A stretch of DNA of 64,000 bases, from contig NC_135887.1 in the NCBI RefSeq assembly GCF_964194155.1, forward strand, positions 12,586,001 to 12,650,000, given 5' to 3'. This DNA is from Cetorhinus maximus. Taxonomy: Eukaryota. The stretch's first letter is position 1. Every line of letters begins with the position of its first letter. Below the pieces are notes generated by a model, which saw only the letters and a program-made list of their open reading frames with translations, ran no database searches and was not told the DNA's origin. Made by a program: the position numbers and the translations under genes. Below, piece by piece: positions 13,501-27,000 of this stretch.

Positions 13501-14564
13501 GGTAACGGAAGTCTGTCTGATACCTGGAAGGGTCCACATGCTCTGAATCCTCCAGGGGTGTTGGAGATACCAATGAGTCCTGAAATGAAGCCTGGAAATG
13601 CTAAGAATGAAGCTCCGAACAGAGATGAAGGTGCCTAGTACCAACAAGCAACCAGCAGTGAACTATCTCCAAAACTCCTCATTACTCACACTGGCAATGC
13701 TGCTGACCCTTTTTAATCCCATCCTTGGATGAGGTTTGGCAAAACGTCGGCTGCCCTTCTGCCCGTGCGACGAGCATGAAATCGCATGGACAACGTGAAA
13801 TCTTGGTCAATTGCCTTTTTAATGGCCTTAACAGGCCTCATAATTGATGGTGAGCGCAGCTCCGATACCTGCGTGTGCCCGCTGACCGAACTATCGCACG
13901 GGCGGGGGATGACGTCAGGATGCTTGCCCGACGCCATCTCATGCGGTTTCACGTCCGGTCAGGTCGGTCGCGCACCTGCCCAATCAGCGTAAAATTCTGC
14001 CCAGTGAGTTCAAAATACAGCTGCACCAGTTCTTGACTGGGACTGAGATCGCAGCATATAGACGGTAAGTGTCTTTATCGATAATGCTTGGTCTGTGTGA
14101 CCTCCTGGACCGACGTTGATTGCATGAGGGGGTCAGAAAGGAGTTTTCCAAACTATTTTGACCCTGTTTTTGTTTTCCCTCTCGCAGGAGATTACATGGT
14201 TTGGGGGAAGTTTTGGAGTTGGGGTGGCGGGGTGGGGGGTGGTGGTGAGGTTGTAGGTGGTGAGAGGAAGTGTTTAGACATGATGTTGTGGTTACCATGG
14301 TGTAGGGCAGCCTTGATGAACCAGGCAGTCTTTTTTCCTGCCTGTCAATTTCTTATTTTTTAAATTAATTTCCTAATCGCATTCGGTGGGTTGGTGGGGG
14401 GGGGGGATAAATGGTGAAGTGCTTCCAGCATACAATGTGAATGTCGGAAAATCAGGGGCATGATTTCAATTCACTCACCACTGTCAGACACCTCCAGTAA
14501 ACTGGCTCTCGAATGGTACTGACACAAGTCAAAAGAAGGTCAAATCCCCACTCCTCTCAAATGC

Positions 14565-14990
14565 TGGCTTGGTTCAGTGGTAGCACTCTTATCTCTGAGT
14601 CAGAAGGGCGTGGACTTGAGCTCCATTTCAGGATTAACATAGGTTAGGCTGAAATTTAAGTGCAGCACTGATGGAATGCCACATTGCCAGAGATGTTTTA
14701 TTTGGAAGGTATACTAAACAAAAACCCTGTCTGCCTGTTGTGCCGAATGTGGGAACAGCTCCACAGTTCAATCTGAAGGGGGCCAGGGCCGTTGTCTTTG
14801 TGTTCTGGCCCCCATTTACCTCTCACCCCAAACAGATGAACTGGTCATTTATCTCAATTGATGTTTGTGAAATCTTACTGTGCATAAATTGGTTTTCGCG
14901 TTTGCTTATGTGACACTTGTGACTGCAGGTCAAAAGTAATCTATTACTTGGGACGCTTTGAAGGTGTGCGGTGCTGTCTAAATACAAGCC
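14565..14990 (+). mobile_element. tRNA-derived DeuSINE/SacSINE1-like SINE, old
   Basis: tRNA-like head ggttcagtggtagcactcttatctctgagtcagaagg and shared body with the copies at 32020 and 53570. Confidence 0.6.
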
Positions 14991-15467
14991 CTTTCTTAGG
15001 AAAGGAATGAAGTGTGGCGGAAACAGTTGTATAGGAAGGAGGGGGGAATATTTGCATTTCTGAAGAGGCTTTGAATATATGGGCCTGTTCGAGTATAGTT
15101 CTAGTTGATTTTGAAACTAAAATAAAATGCATTAGAGGTGGCTAACAATTCAAATTTCAATAGCCAGTGAAAGAAGTTGTGCACTGACAAGAAGGGACAA
15201 GTTTGTCTTTTTAGCAATTGGACCCTGATGTCCTCCAGTGACTGAGAGTCCACATTAAGAGGGACCACAAAGCCAGTATGATACTTTACTGTTTTAAATT
15301 TTAAATACTGAGGTAAATTCAATCAAAAAAGAAAAATTGTCAGCTTGCTTGGCAGCACCTACTTGAGATTGGGAGTGCTGGCAGACCGACACTCTGATTT
15401 TTAAGAACAATTACATTGTAAATAGGTAGACTGAGGACAATATTAACGAAGGACACCAATAATGATT

Positions 15468-16378
15468 GTGGAAAGATGGGCCTATATTCCTTGAAGTTTA
15501 GAAATATGAGAGATGATCTCATTGAAACATACAAGATTCTGAAGGGTCTTGTCATGGTTGACCCTGAGAGATTGTTTCCACTGGGGGTGCAGAGGAGATT
15601 CACCAGGATGTTGCCTGGGATGAAACACTTAAGTTATGAAGAGAGATTGGATAGATTTGGGTTGTTTTCATTGGAGCAGAGAAGACTGAAGGGCGACCTG
15701 ATCGAGGTGTACAAGATTATGAGGGGCATGGATAGGGTGGATAGGGAACAGCTGTTCCCCTTAGTTGAAGGCTCAGTCACAAGGGGACATAAGTTCAAGG
15801 TGAGGGATAGGAGGTTTAGGGGGGGATGTGAGGAAAAACTTTTTTACCCAGAGGGTGGTGACGGTGTGGAATGCACTGCCTGGGAGGGTGGTGGAGGGTT
15901 GCCTCACATCTTTTAAAAAGTACCTGGATGAGCACTTGGCACGTCATAACATTCAAGGCTATGGGCCAAGTGCTGGTAAATGGGATTAGGTAGGTAAGTC
16001 AGGTGTTTCTCACATGTCGGTGCAGACTAGATGGGCCGAAGGGCCTCTTCTGCACCGTGAGGTTCTGTGATTCCGGCTGGGAGGGTCTAGAAAACAGGGT
16101 CTGAGGATAAAGGGCTGATCATTTAGGACTGAGAGGAGGAGGGATATCTTCACTCGACTCATTGTGAATCTTTGGAATTCTCTACCCAGAAGATTGTAGC
16201 TGCTCCATTGTTGAACATTTAAGACTGAGAGAGGCTGATTTTTGGTCCACCTCAGGGAACTGAGGGATATGGGGAGCGGGTGGGAAAGTGGAGTTGAAGT
16301 CGATCAGCCATGATCGTATTGAATGTGGAGCCAGCTCAAGGGGCCACACGGTTTGTTCCTGTTCCTAATTCTTATGTT
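15468..16378 (+). mobile_element. Older CR1 3' fragment interrupted by a younger CR1 (HER1-type) insertion at about 15584-16072
   Basis: The ORF at 15476-15916 contains the CR1 GLYSL..R..R.DLIE.YKI motif twice. The inner copy is near-identical to 4139-4600, and the outer element resumes at ggctggagggtctag (16075). Confidence 0.85.
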
Positions 16379-17734
16379 TCCACAAAAAGAAAACTGTAGT
16401 AAAAGGTGTCAACATTTAAGCTAATTTTAAAGCAAATATATTTTTTAAAAAGTGAAATCAAAGAAGGTTTTGTGTGCAATGTTGCTCCCCCAACCCGCCA
16501 CACACACCGCCTCATTTATAAATATTCCATCCTGGCCCCACACTAGCCCCTTTAGACATGTTAAACATTTTTTTAGGATTTATTTACGGCACAGTGAATC
16601 TAGACATGTTAAATGGAATTGAAAGGTACAGTGGTTTGAAACACTGATATTTTAACCTGGATTCAATCCAACATTACTCGAAGGGTTGAAAATCCTTTCT
16701 CAGGAGTGCAATGGGTTTGAGGCTTATAAACTGCACAAACGAACATATAATTCAGCATAGAATTCATCGCATCAGTCAGAGAAGCCAGAGTGCACGGAAT
16801 GGTAATGTCACATTGGTGTGGTTTGGGGCTGCTCAGCATCCACGTGTGGCTCATTTTGGGGGCAAAACTAGTAGACACAAATAGATACACATGGATGTAT
16901 CGATCTTGACCTGAAAGTGCTTGGTGCAAAAATCTTGAGGAAATACGCCTGAAATCCAAATCCCGCCCTTTAATAGGCTCAAAATTCGACCCTCACCCCG
17001 CACCCCACCCCCAATAAAATGAAGAATATGCTGTTTGTGTACACATTCGTAACACATATCACATCCTCCTCCCGTTGGCAAGAGCTGTTCCCCCCCACCC
17101 AAACACACACACACCCCCCGCCGAGATGATAAATATTCCAGCCTGACCCCTTTAAAAATAATGTTCCAATTTCTTGCATCTGCTGCAAGCAAATTGTAAA
17201 ATATGCGAGGGGGCGTCCAACCACACAGTGGGTCAATTGATACGACTATAGTAAGTTTGTTGTGGGTTGTCCCAAGTTCAAACTTTTTTTTTTCCCCTTT
17301 CCCCACATGATCGTTGGTACAACCAATCTGGAGCTTTTGCAGGCGTTTCCCCCCCCCCTCCACCCTCAGCCTCTTACTAATCAGGAGCTTCACAGAAACA
17401 ATGAAATCCTTGAACGAGGAGCAGCCTTGACTCTGCAACTACACAAACCCACCTCAAGTATTAACACACCAGCGTTCAGGTCTGCCTTGTGTGTGTGCGG
17501 GGAGGGAGTTGACGGCGCAGCAGATTAGCAGCTCATAGTCTGAAGCAAGGTTTGAATCTGCAGGACAACGAGGTTATTTTGTAAAACAAAAAAGTTTTTT
17601 TTTAAAAAAAAAAGTTGCAAGCCACTGGATTTTTTATTATTTTACAATATAAATTTTGCGCTTTTTTTTAAATTAAAAAAAAAAGATATACAAAACACAA
17701 GAGCTCGTTCGGGCTAGACTCTCGGAAAGCAGCG

Positions 17735-17950
17735 ATGGTGGGCAGTCTGAACCTGCAGGAGGTCACTGGTCCTCTGGTCGAGCCCAAGCGGCTGGGCGAG
17801 CGGGTCCTGGACAGTCCCGACTCCGGACTTCCCCCCAGCCCCAGTCCCACACCCAGCGTCTGGCTGCCGTCCCCGGGGGGAGCTGAGAACCGGCTGCTGG
17901 AACAGGAGGACACCGTCTTCCCACCTAGAGGGGGACACGCTCCGCAAACG
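17735..17950 (+). CDS. RFLNB: Refilin B, coding exon 1
   Basis: MVGSLNLQEV...VLDSPDSGLPPSPSP is the refilin N-terminus with the DSG(X)nS degron. Phase-0 donor ACG|GTGGGT; 216 bp. Confidence 0.9.
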
Positions 17951-20900
17951 GTGGGTACAAGCAGTGAGCTGGACATTGTAGTATTTAGAGAGAGAGAGAG
18001 ATGAGCTGATTCGGTCGTACTGTGCAGGTAAAATATTAATGTGCATTGATTTTAAATGTCGATTAACTCAAACTAGAAACATTAATGCAACTCAGTGACT
18101 TATTAGATGAATTGGACCAATTTCAAACTAAATCTGTATATGAGTATATCTTTAGGGAAAATTATATAACCTATTTAAAGCTGTAAGCAAATGAACTTAT
18201 CGTCGATTCTCTAACATTAACAGAAAAAGTTGAGGATTTTTAACATTTTGCGAAAGCTTTTTTTTCCCCCAGATTGGGAAGTGTTTAACCTCTGAAATCC
18301 CCCTTTCCCAGCCTTTAGAACCATAGAGATTATCTACAGAATAACCATAGACACAGAGAGTGGTTGATGCTCATTGTGACTCAGTTAGCTGACGAGTTTG
18401 TGTTTTGGGAGAATTGCAACAGCCAAGTTTCGATCGTGCCTTCAAAGCCTAGTGTTTCTCATTGCGGTTTATCTGCGGGTCGATAACGTGCCTTTTTCAT
18501 GGGGTTTGATGGGTTTTTTTTTGACTTGCAAGTTTCCGACTGCATTTGGTTGAAAGCTTGTGAGGCTGCTCCGCATAAAACCTCTGGGAGAACCGGCTCT
18601 AGCCTTTTGAAAGGTGATCACGGTAGTTTTGGTATAAAATATACACTTTAATTTTTGTGTGTATATTAAAGAACCTGGTGGATAGCGCCTGGACTGGCAG
18701 AAATTTTAAGTGTGCTGCTGGGTGGGGTGAGTGCGGTAAGTTTCTCTTCGCCTGCAGCACACGTGTCACTTCTGCCACCGATACTAACGCATTGGATCTC
18801 AGCCAGAACATTAACAATCACGTTAATTAAGCATGAATGATCACTCTAGATTGTTGTTGTTAAATGACAAATGTTGAACGCCAGGCTAATGACTGAATGT
18901 ATTGGACAAAAAGTTGCACCTTGTCGCTACTGTCTCTGCATTTCTTTCAGTCATGAATCTCAGTAGTTTGCTTTAACCTCGTGTTCCCTCCCTTTAATTG
19001 CTGCAAAACATTCTTCTTCCTGCATTTCTGCACCAGTCTGTTAAAACTCACAGGCTGTCTCTTCATTACAGGGTTCTGTGTCTGAAGGTTGATGGTTTGA
19101 GGGTCTCCCATTACACTTTGACCAATAAGCTGAACCAACCTTGGGTTCTGTCAGTCTTGATCCCAGTGGGTGTAAGGCTACATTATGAAGCTACCTATAA
19201 TTCAGCTTTCAGTTGGCAATCTTCCCCAGAGATTGTAAGAATGGCTCATGTGGGTAATGCCACATTGGTGTTGTAGAGTGCTTTCTTTTAATTGAGGCAG
19301 GGATTATGAGAGGTTGAGGGAAATTTTATTGTCTTGATGCAGGCTGGCCCTGATCTGGGAGCTGACTACCCAAAATGGTGTCTCCTTCCCTCAACATTGA
19401 CATTCCTTAATCTAATGTGTATAAAAATTCATCCTGGTTTATGGGGACCCCGGTGAAGCAGTGATGAACAAATGCATTGTCCATTTGTTCTCATGAACTT
19501 TAAATCCAGCTCTGACAGGTGGCCAGAAATTCTGTCTGCCAGTCCTGAGGGGACCCTCTGTGAAAATATTTGCCCACTCTAAACCCATTTCCAGGTGGAT
19601 CTGGACCTGGCAGCACAGGCCCCCTTTAATGTGGTTTCTTACCAAGTGGAGAGTGGAGGAATTCACACACGAGCAGCTACAGTGATCCTCTGAAGTTGCA
19701 GCAGCAGAAGAGAACACTTTTGATGTGTATCTGGCAGTGTTATTGTACCTGACTGGAAGTTTGCAATGGAGTAATTGTTCCAATCCCAGGTAGTGACACC
19801 CTTCACCATCAGTGCTTTTTTTTCCCTTCCTGACATGCTGTTACTTCATCCAAGATATCTGATAATGGGAATCTCAGTGAGACTTTCAGAAAATACCCAT
19901 CTCTCTATCATTGAACATGAGCATTTTTCCCACTCTTTTTACCAAGGCTGACAAGGGAGCCTTGGCTGACCTCATGGGAATATATTGTGGTTTCATGCAG
20001 AGGGTTCCTTGGATACAAGACACACTCTCTTTTTCTCTCTGTCTCTTCCCACCATCCCCCCTGCCCCTTACCGTTTTGAGATCCCTTTCAGTCAAATAGT
20101 GGGCTGTTGATGTCTACAAAGGCTCCTTTTAGCATGCATACTTCCTAACAAAGTTTCCTACTGGCACCTATGTCTGGATCTGAATGTATGCTTTTGTAAA
20201 CTGAATTTTTATAAAATCTATGGTGAGCTCAATAATAAACCAATAACCTTTCTCCTTCCGCTTCCCCGCCCCCCAACCACCTCCCAACACTGTCATCCTC
20301 CCTCCTGAAAGGGTTAATTATTGCTTTATGGTCCATGGTTGTCAGCAGTTTCCCAAATACCTGGTTCAGGTGGCCCTTTGTGTGAGGCTGAATGGTGAGC
20401 ATCTGTGGTTAACTGAACCATTAAGGGCATCATAGCCAAACTCAATCCACTGTCCAAAAGGAATCTCTGGATGGTGATGGTAAGTAAGAAACCTGGATGT
20501 TTTTATTTCTTCTCTTCCCCACTTCTGCCTCGGCTCAGGGATATGGGCAAATTACAACAACCCTACTGCTGTCCTTGCTGAGTATCTGACTTACTGGAAA
20601 TTAAACCCTTCACTTCTGGTCAATTTAACTTGTCATGGTCTTGGTTTTTACAACACAGAGATAATTTAGCCCATCCAGTCCATGCAGAAACTTGATGTCT
20701 ATATCAAGGCCAGATATGATTCCAATACCGGCCTCTTCCAGAACCCTGATTTTTAATTGCTCCATCATTTGTGGCCAGACCATCAGCTATCTAGGCCCTA
20801 GATGAGGAATTTCCTCCCTAAATGTCTCCACTGCACCTCCATCTTAAGATGCTCCTTTAAAACCTACCTCCTGACCTAGCTGTCCTAATATCTCCTGTAC

Positions 20901-22799
20901 CCTTATGTCAGTCTTAGTTTGATGACACTCCTGTGGAGCACCTTGGGACATTATACTACATTAAAGGCACAATGTGGGCTATTTCTGCAGTACTTTTAAC
21001 TTATGTACCCTCCTCGTATACAAAATAACAATGCACAATGCTTTGCAGTCTACTGATAAATCAGGTACTCTCGCCATACAGTAGCTTTTACAGTGGGGTT
21101 TTCATTGGGTACATGCAGTCTCCAATTCCTGGTTTGATAGTTCACCAGTTTTTCCCGAAGCTGAGAGTACGCTTCCTTAGATTTAGAACAGAAATAAAAG
21201 AAATTGAAATGATAACTTTCACAATTGAATGTAGGTTGTCAGACAGAAAACAGAGTGGGGATCTGCAGTATTTTATTGGGTTATCTCCAGAGCAAAGCAA
21301 ATGGAAGAATGTACTGTTTGTTCAATTGCAAACAAATGCTGTGACTCCCATCTATAGTGGCTTATTTATTTGGAGCTGAATATTGACAGTGGCAGTGACC
21401 AAAATTTAAAATGACTGCCAGTACATTGCTATTAAAATATAGCTTTATGACTAAACGGGAGGTTCAATCTCCATTTTAGTCATATCCTTCCAGAGCTCTA
21501 CCAATGTCCTCTTTGTTTAGCTGTTGGGAAGTATGAGTTTGGATATTTACTGATGGTTGACCTATTTGATCCAAATTGGCTTCAAATCTCTCTCTGATGA
21601 GGCCTGGATAGAGAAGTCGATTCAGAATCTGTTCAGCCAGTGTCTACGAAGCACTGAGAGGGGACTGGCTGACTGTGCGGCACCTGATGTCCCTTGTGAT
21701 CGTGATCCTAGTGTTGGGTATCACTTGGACGCCACAAGTCATCAGCAGGACGCTGGGTTGCAGCCCAGTCTATTTTTAAATTTAATTTTCTCTTTTTCCT
21801 TTTTAGGGCAAAATCTTCCCCTCCCTCCCCAGCCTTCCAAATAAACCTGGGCTCTCTGGCACATGTAGCATCCCATGTTGTTGTTTAATTTGTGTGAAAA
21901 CAAAAATGGGGGACATTGAGGGGCGGGGGGCGGGGGGGGATGGAGATAAGATCAAAAAGACAAATTCAGTGGCCTGAGAATGATCAATAACCAAAGGGGA
22001 GGAGAGACTGCCGCCTTTGTGAAGACCCATCCACCTAATGTTACTTAACATACTGCAATTTAAACGATGGTAATTTGTCAAGGACCCTGTGGTGTTGCTG
22101 CAGTCATGTCATGTACAATTAAGACTTGTTTCAACCCACTTTTGTTCTGTTTCTGCTGATGCCACACCAGCCCATCTCCATTCAGCATTCCATGTGCCCT
22201 TTTGAATTTTGCTGAACTGGATCTCCTGTTTCTCACAGAGTCATGGTTGTTAATCTCTGAGGAACAGTCTCCTTTTCTGCCCATTGAAATCAAGCTCTGT
22301 GTATCTTATTATTTTTTTTAATCCTCCCACAGAGTCTTGAAAGTGTTGGTTTTGAACTTGCTTAATACATTGCTTTCAAAGATTATGATGCAGAAAGGTG
22401 CGGGAACACTCCCTGAGTAATAGAATGCAAACACCCGGGTATTTAAAGAGGACGGGATGTTTTGCTATTTCTTTGCAAGAGAAACTTCAGCCTTGATCTA
22501 TTCATGGCATTGTGGTTAAATGTATTTAACCTTCAACTGCTTGGCCCTATTTTATTTCAATGTTCAATCTTGTCTGGGTAATTGTGATCACATTGAGGTG
22601 ATAAAAGTTGAGATTATAATGTTAAAATAAAAATCAAAGGGGATGATTTTAAAAGAAAAAACAAATTGCATTTTTAGAACACCTGTCATAACTTTAAAAC
22701 TGAAGTTTCTTTATAGAGTTGTAGAGTCATTACATCACAGGAAGGAGGCCATTTGGCTCCTTGGATCCATGCTGGCTCTCTGTAGAGTCAAGTCAGTGA

Positions 22800-23100
22800 C
22801 TTACATTTGAAGACAGTAGAAAACATGACAGCCAACTTGTGGTCCCACAAACAACAATGTAATAAATGACCAGATTTTTTTTTCATGATGTTGATTGAAC
22901 TCTCCTGCTCTTCTATGCCACAGGAGCTTTTGCATCCACCTGAGGGGTTAACATCTCACCCGTAAGATGGCACCTCTGACAATGCAGCATTCCACTGGAA
23001 TGTCAGTCTTGATTTGTGTGCTCAAATCTCTGGAGTGGGACTTGAACCCATAAGCTTCTGACTTAAATGCGAGCGTGTCACCAAATAAGCCACAGTTGAC
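22800..23100 (-). mobile_element. DeuSINE/SacSINE1-like SINE
   Basis: The reverse complement matches the head (gggttcaagtcccactccagagatttgagcac) and body of the 32020 copy. Confidence 0.6.
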
Positions 23101-23679
23101 ACCCAGTTAGATATTTGAACAATATATTTTTGAGGTCAGTTTTATGATATGAGTCTGTTCTTGTAGATGGGGAAAGAATTGAATGTTGGCTTTCTCCAGT
23201 TTCAGTAATTGACACATGGGGATAAGAAATGCTTACAAAAATTACATTTAATCAGATTTAATAAGTCAATAGTTACTGTACAAGCAACTTTTTTTTGGTT
23301 TGGGTTTTTAATGATTGAGGTAACTTTGCTGAGTCAATTTACCATCGTGCTGTCATAGTATTGATGTCGAAACACGTCACTTAGCTGCAAACAACTTTGC
23401 TGGGGAGGGGCATTGGTATCGTTACAGTCTGTACTAGTCTATTGAGAACAATGAAGCAACTTGGAATACAGCAAATCTTTGTATCTAAAATTTCTAATAT
23501 TCCATTTTTATGGAGCTCACTTGACCAGTAAAGTAAACCTATTAACTTGAGTGAGAAAATGACCAGTTTTTTTGGTGCCACCACTGCCCCCACCCTCCAC
23601 CAAATCCTTTTTAAACAAAATGACCAGGACTGTGGAAAGTTATGTTTGTTTGTCTTTTCAGTTTTTCTTGTGGGTCAGC

Positions 23680-24000
23680 CTGGTAGTACACTAGCCTGAG
23701 TCATAAGCTTGAAAGTTCGAGCTCCACTCCAGGCTTCAGCCCACGATTCAGTCGAATGCCCTGTTGCAGTGCTGTGAGAGAGAGCTTTTTTTTTTTGCCT
23801 TTTGGATCAGGCGTTAGTTAAGCAGAGGCCTTGTCTGCCCCCTTGGATGGATGTGAAAGATCCCACAGCACCCTTCGAAGAAGAGCAAGGAGCTCACCTG
23901 ATTTCCTGGCCAACATTCCTCCCTCGACCATCACCGTTAAAGATGGTCATCGTTTTGCTGTTTGTGGGAGCTTGCTGTGTGTAATTTGCCTTGTGTTATG
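23680..24000 (+). mobile_element. DeuSINE/SacSINE1-like SINE
   Basis: tRNA head plus the ggatgtgaaagatcccacagcac...gaagaagagc core shared with other copies. Confidence 0.6.
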
Positions 24001-27000
24001 CTTCCATAACTTGTGTTTCACAAATAATGAGATACTTTTGAAGAGCAGTCACTGATATTTGGTTGGAGCCCTGTTCTTTGGCACAGTGCACTGAGGTGTT
24101 TTTCAAGTTGGTCAGCAGGACATAGTTATTTCTTACCTTATTTTCCTCTTCTTTCAAGAAAGATGCAATAATTAAAATATACTGCCATCAGCCAATAGGA
24201 GGTGCCAGGTATTTATTTATCATGACCCTTGTCTCAGTAAAGCACTGTGGGATGTTTTTCTACATTAAAGGTATGAGTGCAAGTTCTGGTTGTAAAACAC
24301 TTCTCCTTAATAATGATGGCCAGCTTCGAACTTCCAGAGCTCACCAGATTGGCTCAGGTGGGTGGCAGCTGCAAGCTCTCAAGTGAATCTATTAGAAGAC
24401 AAAACCTCACCTGGAGTGTTTTCTAATTTAAGTGAATGTAGGGATTTTTTTTTTTGGTGTGTCACTTTTCACACTGATGGCAACTCTGACTGAGAAGGTG
24501 GGACGGTTCACTGGATGCGAGACCATGGAAGCCAGGCATTGAGGATAAAAACAGCCTCCAGTTTATTTTCCCCTACCCCTGATAAGATGGGAGGGAAATC
24601 TAACTTGTCTTCTAGGAAGTCAGTGTGACTGACAGTAATTCAGAACAGGAGTTGCAGGTCTGAGGATGCTGCCCTGGCATAGTATCAGTTAATTGTTGCT
24701 TCTTTTTGAGTTGGGGCTGGAGTGTTGTACTTGCACTCGTTTTCTCTCAGCATATTTTTTTAAAAAAGCCCTTCTGAAGGTGAATGTCTCAAATATTATG
24801 TGGCCTCCCAGGGGAGGGACCATAGGAGGAAACAAACGCAATGGGTGTTGCAATAAAGGTTTAAAAAGAATTCCAGCTGAAATATTTGCCTACAGCTAGG
24901 TGACTGTCCTGCAAATATCTATGCATCGTTGAGACAAAATGGAGCAGGTACAGTTTTATACACTGCCTGCATGAGCAGTGAGTTGTATTTGTTGTTGGAC
25001 AACGTTCTGAGTGGTTGGAGAGAGTTGCTTCTGTGAAGTGAGTGTTGCGCTTGTTCACAGCTCTGGCACTGACTGAAAACCAGGTCGCAGCTGCTTAATC
25101 GCAGAAACCGTGCCTGGTTTTGAAAAGCACAAAAATGTTGAAATGGCCTTGTGCATACCTTCTGATAACTCGTACCTTGGCCTCTCCTGAACTGGAAATT
25201 AGCAAGCCAGGATTGAGGACCCTGCAACTTGGAAATGGGAGGATTGGGGGAAGACCCAAGACAGAGGAATTGAAACCTTGGCATTTCTGAAGCTGCGAGT
25301 AAATGTGGGCCACCTCATACCTTTAGTCAGTGGTTTTAACTAGGAATGGGTTTTTGTGTAAAGATTGAGCTGACTGCTAATGAGTGTTCTCTGTTTTTGT
25401 ATGTTTTATTCACTCTGATATGATATTTGGAATAGTACTTTAAACAGGAAATTATTTTGTTTTGGAGGCTGCTGTGGAGTTTAATTATTCACAGGGCAAA
25501 TTCAAATGTAGCTTCTATTTCTGATTAAATTTGCATCCACAGAAATTGGATTCATTTGTTATGTGGTTCCTTTATCAAAATAGCACTCTGGGATTGGCTG
25601 CACAACAAACACTCTCTTCTTTTGATTTTACTCCAGCTACTGAGAATTTACATGTTGGGCCGGAGGTTGGGCGTGTGTTTTGAAAAAGGGCGACATGCCA
25701 AGCTTATTTTACAAATGGTTATAGGATATGTGCGTGTTGGTTCTGTCATGGAGTTAGCTGATCTGGAACTGATTTCTGTCTGCTTTTGATTCATGTTCTG
25801 TCTCGTTCGAACTGAAAAGGTCTTTATGTGCAATCTTAATGCTGCGTTCTGACCAGCTCCTGGAGTGAGAATTGTGACCTGTGTTGTCTTGAGGTGGATT
25901 GCCTGCTGCAAAGGGTCAATGAGTGCAGTGGAGCTGGAGGAACTTTGAGGGAGGGGGTGCTAAGTGTTGTCTGGTTGCTGGGGAGCCTGACAACTGAATC
26001 TGATTCTGTCTGCACCGAACACCCATAGCCTTGCGATTCTTAAGAGGTGACTGGAAAGCAGTTGGCAATAGGATACCTGACCAATGCTCTCTTCTTTTTT
26101 CATTCCAATATACAAGAGATGTTGCGGTTAATTGAAGCAGTAGCTGAGACCAGCTAAATTAGTTCAAACTGGCGATTGAGATTTTTATGTGATCCTATTG
26201 CTATGGATTCATTTTAGCCTTCATTCTTAACAAAATGTGTTCAGATTATGTTTGGCTTAGTGATCTGACTAAATAGAAAAAAGTATTCTGAGTGCTAATT
26301 CATTTTGTTGAAAAAATGTAAGCTGTGGACTTTTTCTCTTCATGTTTCTCTTGTACAACACATTATGCTCCAAATTTCAGTTTGTGGTTTGCTGCACTAT
26401 TACTTCACAGAAGCAAGATGCGTCAATTCAGATACTATCGTTATCGCAATGAGGGGAAACGTTTGTCAAGAGAGAGTCCACAAAAAGCTACTGAGATGCT
26501 GACGTCAGCCGGATTAAATGCATGGGTGCTAAAATTGGCCTTTGCAACTTAGGGTTAGAAAAGTGGGGAGGGCAGTGGGGTGTTTCTTGCCCTTAATTGC
26601 AGGGAGTTACTTGTGCTGAAAAATGTCCATGTGGTTCATTTAGTGAGGTTAAAAAGCTGCTAGAACCGTGTCTAGGAATACCCATGAAGAGTGGCTGTGT
26701 CTAGGTAGCAGAAAAGCTGCTGGCAACCACAGGATGGTTTCTTTCCCTCAGCCCTCCCCCAATAGCAGAATCTGTCCCTTCTGGAGAGGAAGTGTGTTTA
26801 AAAACTGAAAGGGGAAACATGCAAAATGATGAGGGGTGGCGCGGAGGATGGTTGGGCTTTAAGTTGTATGTAAATTGTGGATTTCTCTGCAGAGAATTCC
26901 TTATGGCAACATCGCTCCTTTTGGGAGATGTTTTAAAGACTTGAAGTTGGGGATAATGAGTTACCTATCATGTTTTCCTAGTCTAAAGGAACAGTCTGCT

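Larger units (their letters stand above)
10192..14002. mobile_element. Full-length-architecture PIF/Harbinger transposon with convergent Myb and DDE transposase genes, both decayed
   Basis: TIRs GGCCTGAATTTT / AAAATTCTGCCC; 3-bp TSD AGT at 10189-10191 and 14003-14005; two convergent ORFs. Confidence 0.9.
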
